Origin: the human T2T-CHM13v2.0 reference genome, Homo sapiens
Reading direction: 5' to 3' (one strand)
Assembly (NCBI RefSeq): GCF_009914755.1
Contig: NC_060933.1
Length of the DNA: 64,000 bases
Made by a program: the position numbers and the translations under genes. The notes below the pieces were generated by a model that did not search any database, had not been told where the DNA came from, and was given only the letters and a program-made list of their open reading frames with translations. How positions within the stretch are numbered: position 1 is the stretch's first letter; the number at the start of each line of letters is the position of its first letter. This document shows, piece after piece, positions 15,506 through 41,905 of this stretch.

Positions 15506-15717
15506 TTGACTGCAGGGAATGGGAAGGAGTGGTTCTAGGTTCATTTGGACAGCATGGAGGGCAAAGAACGTGTGGTAAAAGCTTCTCTTCAGTCCCAAGA
15601 GGTGGGTCTCTGGCTCATCTTAGATGTTAATTTCTCCAAGAGAAGCATCTTTTAGAAAAATCCTTTTAGTTTCCTAAAGTCTTGATTCAAATTTCCTTAT
15701 ACCCCAATGAATTTCAG

Positions 15718-15781
15718 GATTCCACGGAGAGACCAAAGATGAACTACTATGACCATGCGGATTTCCACCACAGTGTAAAAA
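15718..15781 (+). CDS. C9orf43: C9orf43 coding exon 12 ([21 protein letters not shown]); non-canonical donor ATAAGT
   Basis: atttcag acceptor; the 64-nt phase 0->1 boundary needed to join the last exon is followed by ATAAGT rather than GTAAGT. Confidence 0.82.
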
Positions 15782-15989
15782 ATAAGTTACTAGAGTAGAG
15801 GAACCTTAGTAAGTGACTGAGGATAGGGAGAGTTGAACCTGTGTTGACCAGGATAGTTTACCTCCCTGAAGGCACAGTTCCTCTATCTCAGAGAAGTCCT
15901 AAAAACACCCCATTTTTCCTTTTCTGTCCTCCATTTGTTGTAGTTGAGAGGAGTTTACAGGTGCAATTAATGACTGCATCTTCTTTTAG

Positions 15990-16204
15990 GTCCTGAATTG
16001 TATGAAACAGAACCCACTAACAAGGACATTAGTGCTCCAGTGGACGCTGTGCCAGAAGCCCAGGCTGCCAGGCAAAAGAAGATCTCCTTTAACTTTTCAG
16101 AAATTATGGCTAGCACAGGCTGGAACTCTGAGCTCAAACTACTTAGGATTCTTCAGGACACTGATGATGAGGATGAGGAGGACCAGTCCTCTGGGGCAGA
16201 GTGA
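15990..16204 (+). CDS. C9orf43: C9orf43 last coding exon (SPELYETEP...[12 protein letters not shown])
   Basis: ttcttttag acceptor, TGA at 16202-16204; exon lengths sum to 1386 nt = 461 aa + stop. Confidence 0.92.
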
Positions 16205-16401
16205 GAAGCCTCTGGAGGAATAGACTGAAGGCATCCCCTGGGGCAGCCGTGTTCCAAAGCGGGATGGCTGGTATCCTGAGGGCAGCAACGTTTCACATAA
16301 GGGCAAGAGGAGAGGGGCTTCTGCTCTCTGGAGCCTTTACCAGGGCCTGAGCTCTGAGCTTAGGGATTCCATTTTCTTTGTTCACCTCTACTTGCCTCTA
16401 A

Positions 16402-16407
16402 AATAAA
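16402..16407 (+). terminator. C9orf43 polyadenylation signal AATAAA (second candidate ATTAAA at 16481-16486)
   Basis: hexamers about 200 and 280 nt after the stop codon, T-rich sequence downstream. Confidence 0.7.
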
Positions 16408-16671
16408 TGTAGGAGAAAAATCCCCAGCCTTTTTAAATTTAGATTATTTCCTTTCCATTAGGGTCAGAATAATTTTGGTGATTAAACACAACTGCTTTTC
16501 AATCAAAAGACTTATTTTCTGTTTCTAGGAGGAAGGGAAAGATGTTTCTTGGTATCTGTTTTCTGGGTCACTCTTATCTCTGAAGTTCTGAAAGGTTTCC
16601 AGTTGTAGGAGGCTGAATTTGGCTCATGGGAGCTGCCATGATGCTCCCTAGATTTTCCTCTCATTCCCTAG

Positions 16672-17130
<459 letters not shown>

Positions 17131-18659
17131 AAAAGCTCTAGTTTCTAAGGAACTGAGTCTGCACAGGAAAGTTTCAGTGATGCTCATAAAGGCTCAGAAT
17201 TTCAGAGTCTGAGAGAACTTCTAACTTGGTTTTGGAGGTTTTTTTTTTTTCATGTTTTAGTCCTTAAAAAGATATAATGTAAAAATTTCAAAATTACGTA
17301 AAAGGAAAGAGAATAATATAATGAAACTTTGATGTATTCAGTATCTTAGATCTGGGCAAGGAAGGCCCTTGGCCCCGTGCTTTAGAAAGTCCTCTGGTGT
17401 TCTGGCTGTGCTGCCCCTCACGGCAGAGAAATCTGCAGAGCCAAGTGGACGTACACCTAGCTGGAGTCTGTGACTCCCCTTTTAGACTTTGTTCCTGGTA
17501 TTTGGAACCCTGGAATTCCCTGCCCAGTGGCCTCTTGCCTACTTCCATGGCTTCTGCAGGCCTCTTTTGTGGGTCCATCTCCCAAGAGTGGACTATCCCA
17601 CCAGTGTGTGTGCTGCTGGGTTCAAGGGGGTAAGAGGAGGGTATTTGGAGAGGGATGTGCCCAGAGCTTGGACAGATAGACTGGGGTATCAGCATTTGTT
17701 GCCTTTCCCAGTAAGGATGGGATCATGGGGATGAGAAGTGAGGGCTGGTTCTTCTAGTGCTGCATGTTAGTGTGGAACCTCAAGGAATCTGTGGATTTTG
17801 AATGAACCTGGCTTTCTAGATCATGAAGGTATACTGGTCAAGGTAGCAAGTTAGAACATGTTTTATTTAACAATTTGTTAGCTTAATTTATAGTTTTTAA
17901 ATGTTCAGACATGGTTAGTAGACCTGTTTTTGTACACTTATCCTGAGTCCTGCAAAACATTAGGACTGTCCAGAGCCATCATTTGGGACAAATTTTAAGG
18001 AGGAAGAATTTAACCCCACAATGTAGAGATCATTAATTTGCAGTCCCATTTTAAAGGTAAGGATAGCAAGGCTCAGAGAGGGGATTTGTCTTGACTGAGC
18101 TCATGAGCTGGGAAGTGGGGCTAAGCTGGAATCTGGGTCTCCTAGTGCTAGGTCAGAGCTCTTTTCATTATTCCAGTCTGCTGTTCTCTCACCTCATTCT
18201 CCAGAAACAATGGTAGGTTATTCATCATCATATTTAACCAGAGTCTGACTTCCTCTCCTTCCTGGTGTGCTGTCTGTCTTCCTCTGTAATTGATTAATGT
18301 GGGTCCCAGGGATGCTGGCTCCATGTTTTTTATAATCAGGAAAGTTGGAAACATATAAAAGTTAATGAGATCCCATGTGTCCATTACCTAAGAATTATCA
18401 ATTTGTGACCAATCTTGTTTCATATACACACACCCCCATCCTGAACAAGGTTATCTGAAGCAAAGGTCATTTTTATCCATAAATATTTCAGCATACACTT
18501 CTAAAAGAAAAGTGTTAAAAATAACTATGAAAATTAATCATAGCTGCTTAATATCAAATATCCAGGCAAATTCAAATTTCCCTCTATTATTAATTTCTTT
18601 TCACAGTTGATACCTTCAAACTAGAATCCAAATAAGGCCCATAAATTGTATTTGGTTGA

Positions 18660-18968
<309 letters not shown>

Positions 18969-19294
18969 CCCTAAAATTCTTTAATCTATAGGTCCCACTT
19001 TCTCCTTTTTCATTTTTCTTTTCTTGCAATTTATTTGCTGAAGAAACTGGGTTGTTTGGTCTGTAGATTCCTACATTCTTGATTTTTCCAGTTGTATCCT
19101 CATGGTGTTGTTTAACACATTTCTTCATTCTCTTTATTTCCTGCAAACTGTTAGATCCAGAGGCTTGAGCTGCTTCATGGTATTTTTTTTTTTTTGCAAG
19201 AAAATTTCATAGATGGCATTATGTTCTTCCATCAGGAGGCCCTTAATGTCTGGGTGTCTCTTCTCTGGTCTTAGTGGCCAATAATGATCTTTGC

Positions 19295-23690
<4,396 letters not shown>

Positions 23691-24596
23691 GGAAATCTCT
23701 GAGCCAAAGCCCTGGTGGTGGGCGTGGGAACAATGATGTGCTTCTTCCTGAGTGACACCCCCATGTTAGATTCTGAGTGCTTGGTAGATGGGAGAGGTAG
23801 CAGTCACAGGTCTTCTTGGCTTGCCTCTCAGCATGGAACTCCGCCCATAAACTGGGGCAAACTCAATCAGAGCCCTAGTATTTTCAATGGTACCTTGCCC
23901 AAGGTAGAGCCTATTTCCACCAGTGGAGGTTGCATTTATATCAGCTGTACTCACCTGGAACTTTGCCTGCAGCAACAAGTAGTGGGGAAGGATGAGAAAT
24001 GCTGACATCCCGTCCCTCCTGGGAAGATAGCTGAGGGGAGAGGCAGCCCTGTGTTCTAGGCTGAAACAGCCTGAAGTATAGTTTTTGCCTCACTGAATTG
24101 AGGGTGGGAGGACAGAGAGGGCATGCGTCTTGGTTCACATACCTCAGATTCTTGTAATTCTGAGTTTTTGTAGATTTTTCTTGAACAAATATTTCTTCAT
24201 TTGTGGTATGCCCTTAAGGCCATTTCCAGAGTTTTTAAATGTTTGTTTTTGTTTTGTTTTGTTTTTTAAACAATTCTCACTAGTTTTACTGGAGAGCAGA
24301 CCTTGGAGGTCCTCAGTGTCACACTGAAAGCAGAACTCTGGCTTGGGCCTGAGAGTGACCCAGGCCCAAGCCTCTGTTTATTTATTTATTTAATTATACT
24401 TTAAGTTCTGGGGTACATGTGCAGAATGTGCAGGTTTTTTACGTAGGTATACATGTGCCATGGTGGTTTGCTGCACTCATCAACCCGTCAATTACATTAG
24501 GTATTTCTTCTAATGCTATCCTTCCCCTAGCCCCCCAACCCCTGACAGGCCCCAGTGTGTGATGTTCCCCACCCTGTGTCCATGTGTTCTCACTGT

Positions 24597-28449
<3,853 letters not shown>

Positions 28450-28488
28450 TCATTAGTTGATGCAGTTTCTTCTTAGTCTCGATGGTCT

Positions 28489-29502
28489 TTACATTTTGGC
28501 ATGATTTTGCAGCGGCTGGTACCGGTTGTTCCTTTCCATGTTTAGCGCTTCCTTCAGGAGCTCTTTTAGGGCAGGCCTGGTGGTGACAAAATCTCTCAGC
28601 ATTTGCTTGTCTATAAAGTATTTTATTTCTTCTTCACTTATGAAGCTTAGTTTGGCTGGATATGAAATTCTGGGTTGAAAATTCTTTTCTTTAAGAATGT
28701 TGAATATTGGCCCCCACTCTCTTCTGGCTTGTAGGGTTTCTGCCGAGAGATCCGCTGTTAGTCTGATGGGCTTTCCTTTGAGGGTAACCCGACCTTTCTC
28801 TCTGGCTGCCCTTAACATTTTTTCCTTCATTTCAACTTTGGTGAATCTGACAATTATGTGTCTTGGAGTTGCTCTTCTCGAGGAGTATCTTTGTGGCGTT
28901 CTCTGTATTTCCTGAATCTGAACGTTGGCCTGCCTTGCTAGATTGGGGAAGTTCTCCTGGATAATATCCTGCAGAGTGTTTTCCAACTTGGTTCCATTCT
29001 CCACATCACTTTCAGGTACACCAATCAGACGTAGATTTGGTCTTTTCACATAGTCCCATATTTCTTGGAGGCTTTGCTCATTTCTTTTTATTTTTTTTTC
29101 TCTAAACTTCCCTTCTCGCTTCATTTCATTCATTTCATCTTCCATTGCTGATACCCTTTCTTCCAGTTGATCGCATCGGCTCCTGAGGCTTCTGCATTCT
29201 TCACGTAGTTCTCGAGCCTTGGTTTTCAGCTCCATCAGCTCCTTTAAGCACTTCTCTGTATTGGTTATTCTAGTTATACATTCTAAATTTTTTTCAAAGT
29301 TTTCAACTTCTTTGCCTTTGGTTTGAATGTCCTCCCGTAGCTCAGAGTAATTTGATCGTCTGAAGCCTTCTTCTCTCAGCTCGTCAAAATCATTCTCCAT
29401 CCAGCTTTGTTCTGTTGCTGGTGAGGAACTGCGTTCCTTTGGAGGAGGAGAGGCGCTCTGTGTTTTAGAGTTTCCAGTTTTTCTGTTCTGTTTTTTCCCC
29501 AT
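28489..29502 (-). CDS. L1 ORF1p, open, 337 aa (one Glu deleted from the coiled coil)
   Basis: MGKKQNRKTGNSKTQ...NHAKM; ARR and YPAKLS motifs intact. Confidence 0.92.
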   Translation of the reverse strand: MGKKQNRKTGNSKTQSASPPPKERSSSPATEQSWMENDFDELREEGFRRSNYSELREDIQTKGKEVENFEKNLECITRITNTEKCLKELMELKTKARELREECRSLRSRCDQLEERVSAMEDEMNEMKREGKFREKKIKRNEQSLQEIWDYVKRPNLRLIGVPESDVENGTKLENTLQDIIQENFPNLARQANVQIQEIQRTPQRYSSRRATPRHIIVRFTKVEMKEKMLRAAREKGRVTLKGKPIRLTADLSAETLQARREWGPIFNILKEKNFQPRISYPAKLSFISEEEIKYFIDKQMLRDFVTTRPALKELLKEALNMERNNRYQPLQNHAKM

Positions 29503-30407
29503 CTTTGTGGTTTTATCTACTTTTGGTCTTTGATGATGGTGATGTACAGATGGGTTTTCGGTGTAGATGTCCTTTCTGGTTGTTAGTTTTCCTTCTAACA
29601 GACAGGACCCTCAGCTGCAGGTCTGTTGGAATACCCTGCCGTGTGAGGTGTCAGTGTGCCCCTGCTGGGGGGTGCCTCCCAGTTAGGCTGCTCGGGGGTC
29701 AGGGGTCAGGGACCCACTTGAGGAGGCAGTCTGCCCGTTCTCAGATCTCCAGCTGCGTGCTGGGAGAACCACTGCTCTCTTCAAAGCTGTCAGACAGGGA
29801 CACTTAAGTCTGCAGAGGTTATTGCTGTCTTTTTGTTTGTCTGTGCCCTGCCCCCAGAGGTGGAGCCTACAGAGGCAGGCAGGCCTCCTTGAGCTGTGGT
29901 GGGCTCCACCCAGTTCGAGCTTCCCGGCTGCTTTGTTTACCTAAGCAAGCCTGGGCAATGGCGGGCGCCCCTCCCCCAGCCTCGTTGCCGCCTTGCAGTT
30001 TGATCTCAGACTGCTGTGCTAGCAATCAGCGAGATTCCGTGGGCGTAGGACCCTCTGAGCCAGGTGTGGGATATAGTCTCGTGGTGCGCCGTTTCTTAAG
30101 CCGGTCTGAAAAGCGCAATATTCGGGTGGGAGTGACCCGATTTTCCAGGTGCATCCGTCACCCCTTTCTTTGACTCGGAAAGGGAACTCCCTGACCCCTT
30201 GTGCTTCCCAGGTGAGGCAATGCCTCGCCCTGCTTCGGCTCGCGCACAGTGCGCGCACACACTGGCCTGCGCCCACTGTCTGGCACTCCCTAGTGAGATG
30301 AACCCGGTACCTCAGATGGAAATGCAGAAATCACCCGTCTTCTGCGTCGCTCACGCTGGGAGCTGTAGACCGGAGCTGTTCCTATTCGGCCATCTTGGCT
30401 CCTCCTC
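29503..30407. promoter_or_regulatory. L1 5'UTR: CpG-rich sense promoter (minus strand, YY1 site AAGATGGC) and antisense promoter pointing to the + strand (toward RGS3)
   Basis: intact L1HS-type 5'UTR with many CpGs retained; established L1 promoter architecture. Confidence 0.75.
29958..30173 (+). CDS. L1 ORF0 (71 aa, antisense 5'UTR ORF), intact, with donors SD1 (30063|) and SD2 (30148|)
   Basis: MAGAPPPASLPPCSLISDCC...RHPFL*; ggcaATGG context. Confidence 0.8.
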   Translation: MAGAPPPASLPPCSLISDCCASNQRDSVGVGPSEPGVGYSLVVRRFLSRSEKRNIRVGVTRFSRCIRHPFL

Positions 30408-30467
30408 TCATAATTATTTCTTGAATGTGCGTTGCATTGCAGAATGACTTATGTGGGCTGGGTTTAA

Positions 30468-30785
<318 letters not shown>

Positions 30786-31617
30786 TACAATTTTCTTCAC
30801 TTCTTATTAGCCTACCCTCAGACCTGTCCACTGGAGCAAACCCAATTCCTAATGGTCAGTGGTAGGGATGAGGACAAGGCAGGGTTTGCCTTCCATTTGC
30901 TTATTTTATCTAAAGACTTAGGCAGAGAAGAGAAGGTATAACTATTTTATAACAAATTCAACTACTTTATTGGTGAAGCAACTCTCAGAAATTGGAACAT
31001 TCTTTTAAGTCCTGTTGATGAGTACACAGTTACTTTTTGAATCCTGGTGGATTTTGAGTGAGAAGATATGCACTATCTGAATGCTAGCTTTTGTGTCTAT
31101 TTTCAAAGGGAGATAAAACACTTGCAGACTGAAACTTGTTTTACCTTTCACATAGCAATCCCTCAAATTTAGACAATCACAAACAGAACCCTGGGAAATA
31201 TAATCTCCAAACCATGTTAGTTTTCAAGGTGCTTTACACTCACTATTTCAGTTGGTTCTCTGGCCAACTACATAGATAGATGTGGACTGTATCCAGTTGA
31301 TAAATTAGGCTCAGAATACAGGGCTGATGAGAGCCCATTTGGGGCCTTTGAGTGAATTAGAAAAAGACACCCTTTAAAACACTTTACTATCATCTGTTGA
31401 AAATTAACTCAATGACTGTACAAATCTAAGATGGTTATAATATGAGCAGCATCCCTAGAGTTGGTCCACGACCTTCACAACAGACCTAGTGGCCCTGCTG
31501 GAGAGGCCAAAAGTCAAAGGTGAGCAAGTAAAGGGGCCTGGGCTTAGAACTTTGGCTCAGCCTGTCTTCATCCACTGTATCCTGACACCTCTCCTACTCC
31601 TTCTCTTTAATGTACAG

Positions 31618-31744
31618 CTGAGACTGGGATACCCTTAGACTGAAAGGAAGGACACGGCTATGTAGAAAAGAATTGACTGAAGGGGAGGAGTACTCGTGAA
31701 CCCCTTGCTTCAGCCTCCCAATGTTCTGAGAGAGGAGGAGCCAG
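31618..31744 (+). other. RGS3: candidate non-coding 5' exon of the long RGS3 transcript
   Basis: strong donor CAG|gtaact at 31744/31745 and a polypyrimidine tract + tacag acceptor ending 31617; the RGS3 Alu exon has an acceptor, so an upstream exon must exist. Confidence 0.45.
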
Positions 31745-32000
31745 GTAACTGCTGCTAACTGCCATTTCCCCACCATCTGGGCCTAAGGAAGCAGAAGTAA
31801 GGCTTAATTAATAGCCAGTATTGCTTGGAGATTCACTTTACTTATTTAAACCAACAAAAAGACTTAAGATTTAGCCTGTTGGAATATGGTTCTAAGAGGC
31901 TTATATTTCCAAGAAACTAGTCCTTAGTTTCTTTTGTTCTTTGCTACTTTGTGATCCCTGCTAGAGACAGGCCACTTGCTTTGGGTTACCATAATTTTCT

Positions 32001-32324
<324 letters not shown>

Positions 32325-33796
32325 TAATTTTCTAAGCACACTTCCTAGTGACACCTGGCCCAGTTTGACACCTGTGTAGAAGCAATAATCAATGAAAGCA
32401 TCTTCAGATATTCTAGGCCCATACTCAGAGCCAGCTGGACTTTGATTTGGTATTGGTCCCAACCTCTGGGGTGACATATGCTGTTCTTCATTGATTTTGT
32501 TTTTGTATGTTTTGAGACAGACTCTCCCCCTGTTGCCCAGGCTGGAGGGCGGTGGCGCAATCTCTGCTCATTGCAACCTCCGCCGCCTGGGTTCAAGCGA
32601 TTCTTGTGCCTCAGCCTCCTGAGTAGCTGGGTTTACAGTCATGTGCCACCAAGCCCAGCTAATTTTTGTATTTTTAGTAGAGACAGGGTTTCTCCATGTT
32701 GGGCAGGTTGGACTCAAACTCCTGGCCTCAAGTAATCCGCCCACCTTGAGCTCCCAAAATGCCGGGATTACAGGCGTGACCCACCGTGCCCAGAATGTTT
32801 TTGAATTATAGAAAACCCCTTGGGTTTGGTGGGAGGGAGTGAGGGTTTCATCCATGACACAGTGACACTTAAAAAATCAGTTTATTCAAATGCACTAAAG
32901 GAATTGCTTGATAAATTAAGGACAGTAATACCTCTGGCCTTAGATAGAAATGATTAGAAGGTCCTTCTTAGATAGAAATGATTAGAAGTCCAGAGGAATC
33001 TGGGAAGGAATTTCTAAATTTTCTCTTTCCATTGACATAAGGTACCAGGGTATGAAATTCATTTGTCCTTGTATATATGCATTTATTTAACAGATATTGG
33101 GTATCTAATACATATTAGAGAATCATCCCTTAGATTATCTTGATAGAGAAAAGAAAAGTTCTGGAGAAATGGTGGAGAGTCATTCCCAGGAATATAGCTT
33201 TGTAAGAAAATTTTCCTGGATCAATTGGTAAAGTTTTCTGGAACCACTAGGTGGTGATATTACATTATGAAAATGACATGCTTTCCTTGACACCTTTCAA
33301 ATAACTGCAGGCCTCTGGTAATTTCTGAGGCCAGTGTCCCCACAACCAAAGAAACGTCTTAATGAGTAAATGAAGAAAAACACATTCCATCATTTACATA
33401 TATAAATTTACATATGTAAATTTAAATGCTCCAGGGGACTGGTAGTTCCTCGAGAGAAGGGTCTGTGCCTATTGTTTTCATGGTTACAACCTCAGGTGGC
33501 GTGTAGGAAGCCCTTGATCAATGCTTGATGAATGAATCCAACTCTGAACAATTTTGATGACCATTGAAAGGACCATTCCAAGAGTGTGGCAAAAAAGGTG
33601 GCACATGTCCAAAAGGCCTAGGATTTTGGGAATTAGGAGCTGTTGATGATCCTGACAGATTATCAGTTGGGCAGAGACTCAGGAAGGCAGTATTTGGAAG
33701 GGCAGAAATATCAAAAGTGATCTGAGGCACTTATAATTCTTTGTATCCCCTAAGCTTACCTTGGCCAGATTTCATCCTTTAAAAAATACAGGGAGG

Positions 33797-34248
<452 letters not shown>

Positions 34249-34682
34249 TTAACTATGCCAGTGTAATTAGAATTCCCTATATTTAAAATGGTTCCTTTTA
34301 CTTATTGAATATATATGTATAAAATTTTTTGGGGGTCTATATTACTTCTTGGGATGGCTTTGCCTTAGAAGGAATCTTCAAAAATCATTTTTAAAAAACT
34401 CTTCTCTGCCTCTCATTCATTGTTTTATTTGCTCATTCATTTATTTGCTATAAATTCATTCATTCCTCAAATATTTATTGAGCACCTATTATGTACAAAG
34501 CAGTGGTCAAGTTTGTGTGATCATCTTTGACCTTTTCTTTTTATGGTCCATCTGAATTCGGTTAATTAGCAAGTCATATTAGGTGCAGCATCCAAATCTA
34601 TCCACTTCTCTCTGCTTTTTCTGCTATTACCCTAGTCCAGGTCTCTGTCTTCTTGCATCTGGATTATTGCATTACCCCTAGT

Positions 34683-34992
<310 letters not shown>

Positions 34993-36569
34993 TAACCCCT
35001 GATCTTTACCCCGACCATCCATTCTTCCATCTTTCCACCATGTGAATATCATGATACATCTTTCCTTAAAACTCTCCTTTCCCCTTAGGATCAAGCCTAA
35101 CCTCTTTCACTTGGTTTACAAGCCTCACAAGGCAGGGCTATGACCTGGCTTCTCTCCCCCCAGCCCCATTGCCACTCACTCTCACCTTGTTCTATGTGCT
35201 CTAGCCAAGACTTTTTTCTTTAGGTTCTTCTAATGAACCATGTCCTCTCTTACCTTCTGACTTTTTTTTTGGTACTTTTTCTTCGACTTCTTCTTCCCCC
35301 TTCTGCCTGGCTATTTTCTACTCATTCTTTAGGTCTCAGCTTACATATGACTTATTTGGGAATAAGCTTTTTCTGACCACTGTCAAGATGAAGTTCTCCT
35401 CTTTCACTTTTTCTCTCATAGCCACTATTGGGGTTCACAGCTTGTCTGTTGCCACCCTCTACTGCCAGACTGACTTCTGCGAGTGGCAGAGCTCTCTCTG
35501 TCTTCACTATATAAATATCCGGCACCTCACTGAGTGCCTGGCCCACTGTAAGTGCTTAATAATATATGTTGAATGAGTGAATAAATGAAAAAATATATAT
35601 GATGTGTCTTCTTTCTTCAGTGTACTTATAATCCAGCAGTGTGAGGTAAGTGGTACAAAGAAAGAACTACAGTGATGAGAAGAAGGAGAGGTCACTTTGG
35701 ATATTACCATTTAAGGCTGGGTTGGGTTTTGGCAAGTGAAGATGTTTGTGGAGGTGGCGTTTGAAGTGGAGGGAAGTGACATAGGTGGGAAAAGTTTGGG
35801 GAGCAGGCAAGGAGCATAGTGTTCCTATCTCAGAAGAGTAGGAGTGGGACTGAAGACAGCTTGTGACTAGATTGTGCAGGGCCTCGACTCTGATAGCCAA
35901 TGGGAAGACATTGATGGCTTCTGAATCAGGGAGTGATAGCACTAAATCAATGCCTTAGAAAATGCTAATCTAATGGCAGAGTGAAACATGAATTGGAGAG
36001 AGAACAGCAAGACCAGTTAGGAGGCTATCATAGAAATCAAGATGGGAGGTGATCAGGGCCTGAATTATGTAGATGTCAATAAGAATGGAGACAAAAGGAT
36101 ACTATGCAAAGGAAGAATGAACCAGAACCCGGAAACCAGAAAGGAAGAGTGAGGGAAAGGGAGGAGTGAGGTGCTTTATTATCGGAAATGTGAAGTCAAG
36201 AGGAAGAACCAATTTAAGGAAAGATAGAGATCATTAATCAAACCTTTACAATGAAATTGTGGTTATATATACATTTTACTTATGAGAATTCCGTCAATGT
36301 GTGGGGTTAAAATGAAAGCCCAAGTGGGAGGGAGTGACAAAGAAGATGCACTGCAACTAATGGGAGCTGTTCCAGTTCTTCCACTCTGAAAATACGTCCC
36401 AGAGGGAGTGTGAGATGGGGAAGGTCAAGTTGCTGTTCCTCATTTTATGTCAACCATGTGTATTTTATGGTTGACATAGGGATTATTTAAGGATAACTGT
36501 GGTTATTCATGATTTATGTCTTATACACTGATTTTAGAACCAAATTCCCAAGCCAGATTTTGCTTTTTA

Positions 36570-37205
<636 letters not shown>

Positions 37206-37731
37206 AGATTTTGCTTTTTAAAGCATGTGCCAGGCCCCAGGCTTGGCAGTAGGCAGATACTAAGAAAACACGTCAGTCACTGCATTGGAGCTGCTCACAG
37301 TCTAGTTGGGTAGAAAGATATGGAAGCAGACAGTGAGCACTACAGTCTAGGTGAGCAGTCAGAGAGAAGGGTGGAGGCAGAGGGAAAGGAGACTGGTGGC
37401 TGGTGTGTCAAGGCAGAGGTGGTGCTGGGCCCTGGGAATGGAGAGAGATCTAGGAGTCGTTAGAACAGGTGAGCGCAGCAATAGGCGTGCATGAGCTCTC
37501 AGAGGGAAAGAATATTGAGGAGGGAAGAGGACTAAAGGCCACAGCCAGGAACACACAAGAAGGTAAGCAGAGTCAGAAAACAGAAGAGTTGTCAGAGAAG
37601 CAGCAGGAAAACTCAGGCAAGGGGGATGAGGACTGTGAATAGGCAAGTGGTCTGCATAATGAGGAAGACAATGGTGACTGCGGAGTGAATGAAGTTTCAG
37701 CAGTGTGGTGAGGGCAAAATAAGGGGTCCCC

Positions 37732-38037
37732 AGGCCGGGCACAGTGGCTCATGCCTGTAATCCCAGCACTTTGGGAGGCTGAGGCGGGCGGATCACGAGG
37801 TCAGGAGTTCAAGACCAGCCTGGCCAATATGGTGAAACCCCATCTCTACTAAAAATACAAAAATTAGCCTGGCGTGGTGGCGTGTGCCTGTAATCCCAGC
37901 TACTCAGGAGGCTGAGGCAGAAGAATTGCTTGAACCTGGGAGGCGGAGCTTGCAGTGAGCCGAGATCACACCACTGCACCTCCAGCCTGGGCAACAGTGC
38001 AAGACTCCGTCTCAAAAAAAAAGAAAAAAAAAAAAAA
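37732..38037 (+). mobile_element. AluSg-like
   Basis: Alu consensus with poly-A. Confidence 0.92.
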
Positions 38038-38554
38038 GGTGGGGGCAGGCCTTCAGTGATTGGAAAGAATCTGGAAGCAAAGGCAATACATGCCACTTCT
38101 CTAAGTTCCAGCTCCAGAACAACTAACTTAGATATGTCCTCTAGTTTCCAATCAGATTTCCCTGGAGAAGGTTTGGGATCCCTGGATGCCATGACCTTTG
38201 CCCCTGTTTCTTTACAGTATGGTCTGCTATGTCCACTGGAAGGGCACTTCACCATCACAGTACATGGATCCAGAAACAGACTTTACTCTACATAAGCCTT
38301 ATATTCAAACCTGAGTGCAATCCAGCTGATCTCAACTGTGGTTGTTGCATTTTAGACTACACATATCTATATTATTTTCTTCCATAAGTAGCATCCATAT
38401 TCCCACATGATTGCAATTGCTAACTTGCTAATAGCTTCCCTTGAGTTTGCTTCTTGCAATTATCTAATCAGAAGGCAACATATGCAATTTATTACAGGAT
38501 GCAGGGAGCTCTGGGTGTTTTTTTTTTTTAAGTCAATGGTTCCTATCCTAGTTA

Positions 38555-41905
<3,351 letters not shown>

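Noticed and set aside
15782-15989. U12 AT-AC intron as the explanation for the AT donor
   Set aside because: The donor is ATAAGT rather than ATATCC, the intron ends in AG, and no TCCTTAAC branch point is present.
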